From: the human T2T-CHM13v2.0 reference genome, Homo sapiens
Assembly: GCF_009914755.1 (NCBI RefSeq)
Contig: NC_060933.1
Length of the DNA stretch: 64,000 nt
Reading direction: 5' to 3' (one strand)
The notes beneath the pieces were generated by a model. The model was not told the DNA's origin. It searched no databases and worked only from the letters and a program-made list of their open reading frames with translations. Position numbers and translations under genes: made by a program. Shown piece after piece: positions 24,445 to 35,882 of this stretch. How positions within the stretch are numbered: position 1 is the first letter of the stretch; the number at the start of each line of letters is the position of its first letter.

Positions 24445-24669
24445 CCACGTTTCCAGATCAAACCCATGGATACCTTGCATGTATTGATTGATGTCTGCCT
24501 GTGACTTCTGTCCCCCTAAAATGTATAAAAAATCAAGCTGTAACCTAAACAGTGTGGGCACATGTTCTCAGGACTTCTTGCAACTGTGCCTCACGTATTG
24601 GTCACGCATATTTGACGCAGAATAAATCCATTCAAATATTTTACATAATTTGACTCTTTTTCATCAACA
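24445..24669 (+). mobile_element. MER4D-type LTR, right part
   Basis: Resumes ...tttccagatcaaacccatgg; TATA-like gtataaaa, AATAAA, ends ttgactctttttcatcaaca. Confidence 0.88.
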
Positions 24670-24929
24670 CTACTAAGTAAATGGCCACTGATTTATCATC
24701 AAACCATTTGGGGTAAAATTAGATTTTCACAAAGAACAAGCAAATGGACAAGTATAAAAAGAATAGCCTCTCTCTATTTTCAGAACTACAGTTAGAAATG
24801 TGCAGGGAAAAAGGCATTTAGGTTTAAGCCTTAACTGAAAAAAACACTCTTACTTTCCAAACAAAAGAAGGGTACTAATTTATAAAACATCCGTGTTGGT
24901 AAAAATCTGTTTCTCTTCAGAGGTGATGA

Positions 24930-26196
24930 GATCTTTTCTCTTAGATTGAAAGACATCACATACTTTTCTTTCTCTTTCTATCTACTGGTTGTACCTTCTC
25001 TCATTTGTTGGTTCCTTCTCCTTCCAAGCTCTTATTGTTGGAATGGCCCATGGCTCAGACTTAGACATTTTCTCTCTATGTATACATGCTGCTTTAAGGA
25101 TTTTTCTCTCATTTTATGGCTTTAAATGTCATCTCTGTGCCACCAACATTCACTTTTTTAATCTTCTGGACTGACATTTCTTCCAAAATGAAGCCTCATA
25201 TATCCATATGACTACTTGATACCCAACTTCGGAGTCTAAAAGACATCTGAAATTCAACATGTCCAAAATTGATCTGATTTTCTGTGTCCCCCATATCTGT
25301 TTTCCTCACACTCATATTCTTTATTTTTTCTTATTTTTATTTTTTGGTAAAAGGCAGCTCCACAGTTAAGTTCTTAGCTCTCAAATCCCCAAGCCATCCT
25401 TGATTCCTCTTTCTCTTATGTCCCTCAGGCAATTGGTTGGAAATTCTGCCAACAAATCCTTCAAAATTTACCTAGAAAATTTATCTAAATTCTTTTCATT
25501 GCCTCCTCTGCCACTATTCTGGATGAAGCCCCTATTATTTCTTATCTGCATTACGGTAGCCTTTAAAAATGGCTTCTGGCTTTAAGACCATACCCTATTT
25601 GCCATTGTCAACAGAGATAATTACCTTAGTATCATCCTTCTGCTTAAAATCCTTCAATGGCTTCTCACTGCTCTTAGTGTTAAAGCCAAAGCTCTACCTG
25701 ACCTGCCTTCAACCCCACCTCTGTTACTATTCTGACCTCAGGTCCTAGAACTCTGCCTTCCTCTGCTCCTATTGCACTGTCCTCTTTGCTATTTTTCAAG
25801 CCTCCTTTCAGCCTTTGCCTTTACAATTAGACCCCTCTCCTTCATGGTATCTATATGGCTAACACCTTTAGTTCCTGAGCAAATTTGCCCAAATCTGTTG
25901 TTTTGGATAATTCAACTCTAAGCATCCTATTTACAATTATATTTCTACCCACCCCACATCTCCTTATCCCCAAATCTCCTATTTCCTTTCAACCTGTTCT
26001 ACTTTTTGTTATTTTCTGTAAAATACATAACCTTTAAATATGCTAGATTATTCTATCACCATCTCTCCACACTGGAATCCAAGCTCCATGTGGGCAGACA
26101 TCTTTGCCGCTTGTATTTACGGTGTAACTCAAGCAGAAAGACAATGGTCTAGAACACAGTAGCTGCTCACCAAATATTTATTGCTAGATGAATGAC
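24930..26196 (+). mobile_element. L2a LINE 3' region
   Basis: catctgaaattcaacatgtccaaaattga, aatccttcaatggcttctcactgctc, aagctccatgtgggcagac, ends aatatttattgctagatgaatga. Confidence 0.85.
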
Positions 26197-27107
26197 TATT
26201 AGAACATTTTTAATAAATCACCTTTTTCAACTGAATATAAAATTTTAGCTAATTGTATGGTTATAATTGTACCCACTTTATTATAAGAAATATATAATGT
26301 GTTTCAGTCTGACCCTTCTCTTTGGTAGGAGCAGAAAGAGATTAAAAATAAAAGGGGCAAGGGGTGGTCAAGATATAGTAATAAAAGTTGTAAGGAGCAA
26401 GTCTATCCCGATAAGTTTGAAATGTGAGAAGAATCCATGGCTTAGGTGCGCTGTGCAAATTTGCTGGGTTACTTCATTTGGGAACTACCTTATGGATAGA
26501 CTATTATAAGGTGGGATCAGAATGCTTTGACAATATGATAACTCCAGTATCTTTTTAATTACCTTATTGTCATGATCATCAAAGTAGCTTTGGTTATTTT
26601 TCTTCTATCTGTACCCAAACCATGGATCACTCTCTCCTTATTTTATTCTGCATGGACAAGAAAGAAATATGGTGGTAGATTCTGGAAATACTGTGATTGC
26701 TGAAGAATAGACCAATTCCAGAACTCAGGGACAGCCTACAGAGCTGGAGCATAGTAAGAAAAATAAGGAAACCACATTCAGAGGATCAGGACAGCTGTTG
26801 ATGCTTTTATCCTTGGCTTTTATGCCAAGGATTAAACATTATGTTATATGAAAATCATTCTGCAACCATATAAACAAAACCATAAAGCTTCCATTAAGTA
26901 ATATCCCATGCATCCAATATATGATGTTTGAAAGAGATCATTAATACATTGGTATGCCCAAGTAATACTCTTATCTTGCATTCTCATACTATAGAACTAG
27001 AATTGACTCATATTGACAACCAACATGCTTTACCTGAGCATTTAAATCTTGACTTCAGTTAACCTTATCCATTGATATCCTGGCTTTCTTCTCCACATGA
27101 CTTAGCC

Positions 27108-27885
27108 CAATGGCTCTCAAACCAAATGGGCATATGAGTCACTTAAAGAGGAAGTAAAAGACATGTTGGCCTAGGTTCAACTGAGTAGGTGAGAGCTTGG
27201 GTTGTTTTATATTTACCAAGTTTTCCAGCTCATTCTAATAGCTACCAGTGCTTGTGGATCATTAGAATAGCATGCTCATCTGGCCTCCCAAGAGTGTATT
27301 TAATGAGTATGTCAGCCAAAGAGGCTATTAGAAACACCAGCTGAGCTTTTTAAAGTTTAAGTACCTGTGTATTAACTTTGTAGATCCTTATTCATTTAAC
27401 CTGAGGAGGAGCTCACAGATGTGCAAAAGAAAATCTCCATGAGTGATTCTGATGAGCTTTCCAAATGAAGGAGCTATGCCCAAGTTCTTGAAGTACTCTT
27501 TCTCCAAATTTTCATCAGTTGTGAGGAATGCTTCTCCTGTTACCCTTTAGAAACAAGTTAACTCAGAATCTCCCTGGCATAACAGAGTTGGCATGAGGAA
27601 TGCAGGGGGCCTTGTCAATTTAAATTTATATTTTAAAAATTTCTGACTCCACATTAGATCAACTAAATTCGAATTTCTTAGGCTGAGGTTCGTGAATTCA
27701 CACTTTTATCAGATTTACTAGATGATTCTCTTGCACACCAAATTGTGAGAACCTTTGGGTTGGAGCTTTCTTTTTTTAAACAATTTTCAAACTTACTGAA
27801 CCAAAATCTTCGAATCCTGGGGTACATATGTCTTAAAAGCTTTCCAAGAAGATTTTTAAAGGTCATTATATTTAGGAACTCCTGT
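27108..27885. mobile_element. Cluster of about four MER5-type (hAT-Charlie) MITE fragments
   Basis: Repeated MER5 motifs: caatggctctcaaacc, gtgattctgatg, gatgattctcttgcacaccaaattgtgagaacc, actgaaccaaaatct. Confidence 0.6.
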
Positions 27886-28066
27886 ATTAATATGTAACTC
27901 AAGAAAACCCATCTCTGAATTGTTTTTCCTAACTCTAGTTCAGTGACTGTCTTTGGATTTATTAGCACTTAGAAAAAATATATCACACTTAGATTTTACT
28001 TCTGAAGATATTTCTTGTTCTGCCTCCAGAAATGTAAGCTGAACAAAAGAGAGACTTGAATCTTCT

Positions 28067-28067
<1 letters not shown>

Positions 28068-28099
<32 letters not shown>
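28068..28099. repeat. Pure poly(T) tract (~32 nt) inside an L2 3'-end remnant
   Basis: Direct read; no attached Alu or L1 body. Confidence 0.9.
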
Positions 28100-28101
<2 letters not shown>

Positions 28102-30834
28102 AGTGCACCTAAGGCTAACCTGTTATGGGCTATGTACTATTTGCTTCATAAAGATTTAAATGAATGACATGCAGTTTTCAAATTTACCTAGTTTCAAAAT
28201 TATCTCAAGGTCTCCAATGTCCTGATAACTAACTTAATCTTACATAATCCCATAAAAAGAAGCTTAATAAAGTGAAAAGTTATATTCAAATATTTTATTA
28301 AAACTTACTAATATGTGTAAAAGGTTTTGTAAAGTGGAAAGGATTATCTGAATGAGTAATTGTAAACTAACAATATATTTTATTAATTTACCTCACTTTT
28401 TGCAACTCTAAACAAACCTTTTTAAGCTCACTAAACTCTTGCTTCATCTGTTTTGATTAGGAATTTTCTGATCTGAAAAAATATGCGGTTTTTAAAATTA
28501 ACATTTATAGACTATGTAGAAATGGAGATACACTTCTGATGAGTGAAATGTTTATTAAATTTAAAATTGCAAAAAATTGCATGTATTGAATGATGTAATC
28601 TAAATGCAAATCTAAATAAGGATTGGAAAGGAAGGTATAAAAATCCTTTTTATTTTGATACCTCACAATCTGAATGCAGAATGATGATGGATTTCTGAAG
28701 AATAATTTTTCCTTTCTTTTTGTTATTTATATTGCAAGACTTTATTAATGTATAAAAATGCTTTTAATATTTTTAACATATAAGAAATATAAAGAAAATG
28801 CTACAAATAGCCACACGTTCAGAAATAAACTACAGGTACCTTTATTTTTTAAATCATTTTTACATTTTTTTGTACCTTAACATATTCCCAGAAACTGTTA
28901 CATTATTATTCATTTTTTGTGCATTTAGGAAACCAGACAAATGTCCTTGTAAAAAAGGAAACAGAACATTAAACTTTGGCCCCGTTTCCTAGGATTTTGA
29001 AGAATTTATATGTTAGAGCTGTCAAGGATGGAATACAGAGAAATGAGATAAATGAAAATGACCAAGTAACCCTACTTAAACCCCTTTGTTGATGGTGTCT
29101 TCTATAGTAGGGAATCTATAATTTCATTTTTTTACTCTCTAACAGGCCAGAAGTGTCAGATGGATTTATAAATATGCTATGAAGGACACAAGATGAATCA
29201 TTTATTGGCTGCCTCCTCATTTGTGACAACTTGAATTCTATGCTGTTAGGGCTTGCTTTTTTATTCCTGCACATTTTTTCTTCTCCAGCAATTTCATCTT
29301 GGTGTATATATATTTTTTTCTTTTCCAGTACTTATTAAAATTCTCACTAATTACATTTATACGTGGACAACACAAATCAAACTATTGTCATATTTTGAAG
29401 ACTGTTATTATCTACTTATATGGATCTTTGAACTCGATAAGATAAAAATAATTTGCACATGTTGATCTGTCAAAAACTGTGATATATATGAAGGTAAATT
29501 ATAATACTCAACTATAAGAATTTTATTTGTTTAATGTACAATGAGCTTAAATTAATTACTCAAGAGCACAGCAATAAGCAATGGTGTTGTGGTCAAAAAT
29601 TTAAACTCAGATTATTTCTCTCTGTACGTGCTTTTCGATTAAACTTGTGCGAGAGCTTATAATGGTTTGCCTAGGATATCAGGAAAAACAATGTAATTCT
29701 TGCTGGAGAATCAGTTTTACACAATAATACCTAAACATTCTTATATGCTAAATAAAACCTGGATGTTTTATTACATAGACTATGTATTTAACATAATTTA
29801 AAAAGGCTAAACACTATAAAATATAAAATTAGCACAATTTACAAAGATTAAACACCAGCTTTTAAGAAAAGCTTACACTCGTAGTGGGGTCATAACTAAT
29901 TATATTTCATAGATCATCCTTTGTCAGTAAAGTTTTGGGGCAGTAAAACCTTTGGACATTTGTGGAAAATATTGAAAAGCGTTTCTTCGGCCTATCTTAC
30001 TTTCTTCTCATGGAAAAATGAAAGAAATGCTCCGAACATTCGCTCTGCTTATGTACACTGACACTAACACTATTTTGTTGCCCAGGCACATACTCTAGCA
30101 AACACAGAGTAAACCTTACCTTATGACAGTGATTACAGAGTCAAATACTAAGGCAGCAAGGGCACCAATTTTACCCTCAAAGTGTGGAAAGTCCATTGCC
30201 GAGACAGGTCAAGTAGATATAAAAAATATAAAATAATCAGTCTAATGGAAATATGTTGAAGGTCAATGGGAAAATGAAAGCGCACATAGGTCACCTGAAG
30301 ATTCATGAAATACTGCATAAGGAGTGTGGCATTTGAGCTGAAATTTGAAGGAATGAAGGAATAGCAGTACCTTTTCTGTCAGTCAAAGGTGTGTGAGTGG
30401 GTCTTGGTCAAAGGAAAAATGCAGAGATGATTGATTGTGGGTGGGAGGTTCTGCTAGGGGTGGGATTGTTGTGTTATTGAGAGAACAGGATGGGTGAAGG
30501 CACCAGATTGAGAGCAAAGAACATAGGTATGCCGGTCTCATGGATGGTAACAGAGCAGCAAAACTGAGGGAGAAACCCCATTCTGTACATTTTTATACAG
30601 AAATTATTCTCTTGAAGATGAAAAGTCACTAAAGAATTTTGAGAAGAGATGTGGATGTAAACAATAACAATTGCCTACTTCCTAAGCAATCACCTGTTTA
30701 ATTTGATGTGATTATCCCTGGGGACTTCATTCTAAAGTAAACTCACATTTTATCTATTATTGCCTCAGGGAAAATAAAAGTATTAATTCAAGAAGGATGT
30801 AGTACACCAACAAAGCATAATAACTATAACAGAT

Positions 30835-31405
30835 ACCACTGGTTGCCTAGCAAAGAACCATTTCTCCTTTTCTGCTTCTTAAGGGAACTTGAATTTTTTA
30901 TCCCCCTCCATGCTTCTCTATGCAGCCTTGAGCTTCCATGGAAGCAGAACACATTTTTAAATGCAGAGGGTAAACACAACTGGTCTAAGCCAATAGTAAA
31001 TGATCCTTATAGGCTGGGGCATATGACACATTTGATAGAAGAGATGTGAAAAGGTATTTGCTGGCAATAGGCAGAAGAGTGGGGATTGTCATAAAATCTT
31101 AATCTTTTATGGCATAAAAAGAAGGCAAAATCCCCTTTTTTTTTCTACTGGGTATCTCGTGCCTAGATATGTAACCTATAATTACGGCAGACATCTTTCA
31201 ATATTGAGGGATTCTGGCCAAGGACAAACCTAAGATAGGACATTGGGCACAAAGATGAAAAGAACATAGGTCCCTGATTATGTCATTGAGTCATCCATGA
31301 AATTCTACAACTTCTTAACTTCTTATTTGTATAATAAGAAGCCTTTCTTAAAGCCTAAGCAAGTTAGTTTCCTGTTATTTGTGGCTCAAAGCATATCAAC
31401 TGACA
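30835..31405 (+). mobile_element. Old MLT1 (K/L-like) MaLR LTR
   Basis: actggtctaagccaat, ggtccctgattatgtcattgag, ends cctgttatttgtggctcaaagcatatcaactgaca. Confidence 0.65.
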
Positions 31406-34400
31406 TAATTAGAATAATTAAATTTAAAGCTTGAAAGGATTCAAAATTCATAGTGCACATCCTTCTTGTTTTGTAGTAGAACACATGGAAGACTTGAGAA
31501 AATAAATGACTGAGGTGGGAGGTCAAACGATTAATTATAAGCAGAATCAGGCTTCCTAAGTTCCACAAATATTCTGCCTTCTCATCTTTAATACATTTCA
31601 GATTTCTTAGAAGATCATTATACAAATAAAACCATCCAGAAGAGTATGTGACATGTAATAAATACTGAATAATACCTGACTGAAAATATGGACTCTTATT
31701 TCCAGCTTTGCCCAACTAGTGAACAGTTTTGATATTAACCATCCAATTATGACAGTGAGAAAATATATGCTACTTACAACTCACTGAGTCATACATGTAT
31801 GGATTTATAGGTTTTCCTACATGCTTTCCTCTATGACGTTTACACATTTTTTTAAACGATAATCAGATGCTATGTCCCTTCATCTACTAATTATAACTTA
31901 ATGGGAGGTAGCTCTTAATTTTCCACTGATGGGTAACTAAAGTTTTGATGGGGTGATAAGGATATACACATAGTATAGAGGACTTCACAGATGAAGACCT
32001 TTTTGTAGCTGGAGGATGACTGTAGACCCTACAAGCTCTCCAGGACTATAAATTTCCTATGGGTCCCTGTTAGCTGACTGTTTCCCAATACTAGCCCAAT
32101 GCTTAGTACATACAGATGCTTAGTGGGTTTTGTTGAATAAAATAATGGGTATCTACAATAAGGAGTTGTGAATAAAAGAGAGAAAAAGGCAAAGACACTG
32201 GGGAAAGTCAGTTGAGAAAATGCACTATGCCCACTTTCTCATTTTGCTAGGTAATGGCCATTATACAGAGTTTAAAGTCAATTCATTTTCTTAATTCTTA
32301 CTCTGTCATTGTCATCATCTGCAGCGAGTAATAATAGTAATAATCCTCTAACTATCTGCACATGTATCAACACAGATGATACGCTAGTCATTTGCGAATG
32401 TTATAAGTGTAATGAAATTAAAACCATTGATTAAATGGCACAATAATTTCTACAGAGCAGAGGGGAAAAAAAAAAGGTATTTAAAGGGAAGAACTGAGCC
32501 ACAAAGTAAAGCTTACTTTAAAATATACATTTGAGTTTCAAGTTTAAAAAGTCAGTCACCAAAGATTTGTATCATGTGATAACAGTGGCAGTTTATTAAT
32601 AATCTGTCATGTAAAGCTGACATATTAGAAGCTGAATTCTGCTCAGCTTTACAATAAAATCCCATCCATTTTATTGCTACCAGAATTAAATATATGCCAT
32701 TGAAAGGCTTTAGTAAGCTTAAATATGTTCTAAAGCTCTTTTTTTTTCCCTAACACTTCGTTATCAACAAGTCAAATCGACAAAAGTCTAATCTCGATTT
32801 TCCCAGATATCCATAGTATATCAAAGAGGGAGCAAGATAACATACACATTTTTATAGAGGTTGATAAAGTTTGCCTTTAGACAAATAGGAAAGTCTTAGA
32901 AACTAAATTACTTGTTCCTGACATGTCGGGAACGGGGGAAGGCTAGATATAGTGTGTAAATCATATAGAGTAAGTATTAAAAGTTAAGCCTAGGGGATTC
33001 ACAGATGGATAATTTATTTAATCAGAATTATGTGTGAGCTAGCCAGATAGGAATAATCTGTCCAAAGGTGTGAAGAGGTGATAATCCATATGTATTCAGA
33101 CTAAAGGATTTAGGTGAGGCATTTTGTAACAAGTAAATATCACTGAACTAGTTTTTCAGAAATATCAGTTGAAAGTGCTCATCAGAACTAGAACTCCATT
33201 TTTCCCATATATTTTTTAGGGAAAAAAAATAACCCCACAGAACTGCACTTTAACAATTCTGTGTAATCAATTCATTATTGAATAGGAAGCAAAAATTTCC
33301 AGAAAGTATTTGTGCATGCAGTGATCTCAAATTCAAACTTCATTTATGTTACCAAAACTTTTTACCCACGTCTTTCTAACTGTATTATCATCATTATTAT
33401 TATTATTTGGACTTCAAACGGTGTTTGTGACTTCAGATTAGACTTCTATTGCATAATTCAGTATTTAAATTTTGGGTCCAAATAATGCACAGTAATTCTT
33501 CAGTTTCCACTATTTTCCTTCATGCAGGATGTTACTTGTATGTCGTTTAACTTCATTTTTCCCCAAGCCCTGTCACCACTGTGAAAATAAACTAAGCTAA
33601 TTTAACTGGCATCAATTACCTCTATATGTGGTTTGTGTTTCTTAACTGGATTTTTCCCTTTAACTATCACTTACATTCAGGGACACATGAAATAAATCCT
33701 GAAATATTTATTTCTATAACTTATGCTCTATTTCTCAGATAAGCTCATTATTTATCTTTTTGGAATGGCTGGTGGAGGATAAGAAGTATTAGTGCTACTT
33801 AAAGTCTTAGAACCAATCTTCAAGACAGCTATTTGTGTTTTACCTTTGTTCTCCCTGCTTTCATTATGACACAGAGATCGATAATTTAGAAAAAGTGAAA
33901 AACATCTAATTAGCTCTTGATTATTGCGCTCAATATTTCATCATGTTTGGCTACCTAAAACAGGCAAGAAAGCAGAAAGAAAAAAACAGGCAACCAAAAT
34001 CTTCTGAAACAAATCCCAAGCTCTTCAAATATCCAAGTATATGGATTAATAAAATTCCATCTTTAGTTTCAAGGATTTTAATTTATAAACCCCAACATTT
34101 CTTTATTACATTGTTTCAATATTATGAAGAACTGAAACACGTTAGCTAACTACTAAAATAAGATACTATCTACTTTGCTGTTCTACTTCCATTGTGTTAC
34201 ATTATGAGTTACTCTTAAATCATGACATGGCTTAGACTAAGGACCCAGAGATGAAAAACAAACATTCTAAGAACGTATTTAAATGAAGATTGTTACTTCA
34301 TGAGGAAAAACACATGCAATTCTAAAAAGGTGTATACTGCAACCTGTGGCAAACACATGTATGTTTGCATAACTGATACAAAATTTTTAAAAATAAACAA

Positions 34401-35355
34401 TCCTGATTTTTATACCATCCTTTCTATCAGACACAAAATAAGTTGTGTTTTTGGTGAAAATTTTAAAACAAACAAAAAAAGATATGTATGTCTCTCTCTC
34501 TCTTCTCTCTCTATATATATCTCACAAGACAAGTATTAAATAAAATCTTAATGAAGCGCATATAACAGTATTCTGTAGTTAATACTTAAGGCTGTATTTA
34601 TATTATGGCTGTTATATGCTTATATAACTTATTAGACATAATATTTTAGAAGCAATAAATATATTTTAACAATGATTACATTTAAATGCTTAAAGGTTAG
34701 CCTAATATTCTGATATTTTAATGATGCTGTAGAACATTCATATTGCATACTTTTGGTTCCCTTAATAATATCATATGGAAATAAATTATCATAATTCATT
34801 TAGGCTTAAAGTAAAATAATTTTGTTATAGTGCTGAATTTTCATTTCAAAATTGTGGCCACATAACTAATTGTTGCATGAAACTTATAATGGGCAATTCA
34901 TAAATATATATATATTGATTTAACAAAATACTACATATTGCTTATTTTAATAGATACATTAAATTATTAAATAACTACATATCAATGTATTAATATTTAT
35001 GTATGAATTTTATAATAAAACATTAAAACATATACAGAGCAATTACAATTCTAATGCAAATCTATTTATCTTAAATGCACAAGGTAATAAACATAGAACA
35101 ATGTAACACCTGGAGTCCATTAACTGTAAAAGTTTAAACGATATTATGGTTTAGAGAAACCATAATATCTTAGTAACAACAGATAAGGCAAAAATATCTT
35201 AAATAGGACATAAAAAACTTTGATCATAGAAGGAAAATGAAAAAACCCTAATAAACAGAAATAAATCAAAATTAAGAACTTCTGTTCATCAAAATATATC
35301 ATCCAGAGAGTAATGAGAAAATCCACCAAAGAGTTGAATATAAAGTGCAAATATT

Positions 35356-35490
35356 CAGTGGTGCTCTGGTAAATATTTCACAACTAGCTCTCCAGAAGGA
35401 AAAATAAAGCCATTATTTTTGGTGTTTCTCAAACTATGTTGTGAAAATACTTCTATCATGACTGATTTTCAAACCCATAATTGACACTTC
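35356..35490 (+). mobile_element. MER63A (hAT-Blackjack) with its right end missing
   Basis: cagtggtgctctggtaaatatttcacaactagctctccag matches the recalled MER63A left TIR region. Confidence 0.7.
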
Positions 35491-35722
35491 CATAATTGGC
35501 TATGGTTAGTTTTGAGAAAGTATTTAAGAATGTAAGAATGTTAGTCGAAGAATATATTTGAATCAGGATTATTACTTCATGAGGAAAAACACATGCAATT
35601 CAAAAACCATACATAAAAGGACAATGTAATCTGTGGCAAGTACACATTTGCAGAATTGATTCTGAATTTTAAGAAAGAAATAATGCTGATTTATTAATTG
35701 GTAGTTTTAAATCCTCTATTGG

Positions 35723-35882
35723 ATATATACAATGGCATATATATATGTATATATATATATATATATGTGTATATATATGTATATGTGTATATATATATCA
35801 TACATATATGTATATATATGTATTTATGTATAAACATAACCCGATATGTATATTATGTATGTATAAACATATGTATGTATAA
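35723..35882. repeat. (TA)n/(TATG)n low-complexity tract
   Basis: Direct read. Confidence 0.9.

Noticed and set aside
21145-24561. Cluster of overlapping ORFs in the GC-richer zone
   Set aside because: Result of higher GC in the ERV; the true gag/pol frames are broken by stops and frameshifts
34540-35100. Extremely AT-rich block, possibly DNA transposon internal sequence
   Set aside because: Could not match it to any family from memory; left unassigned
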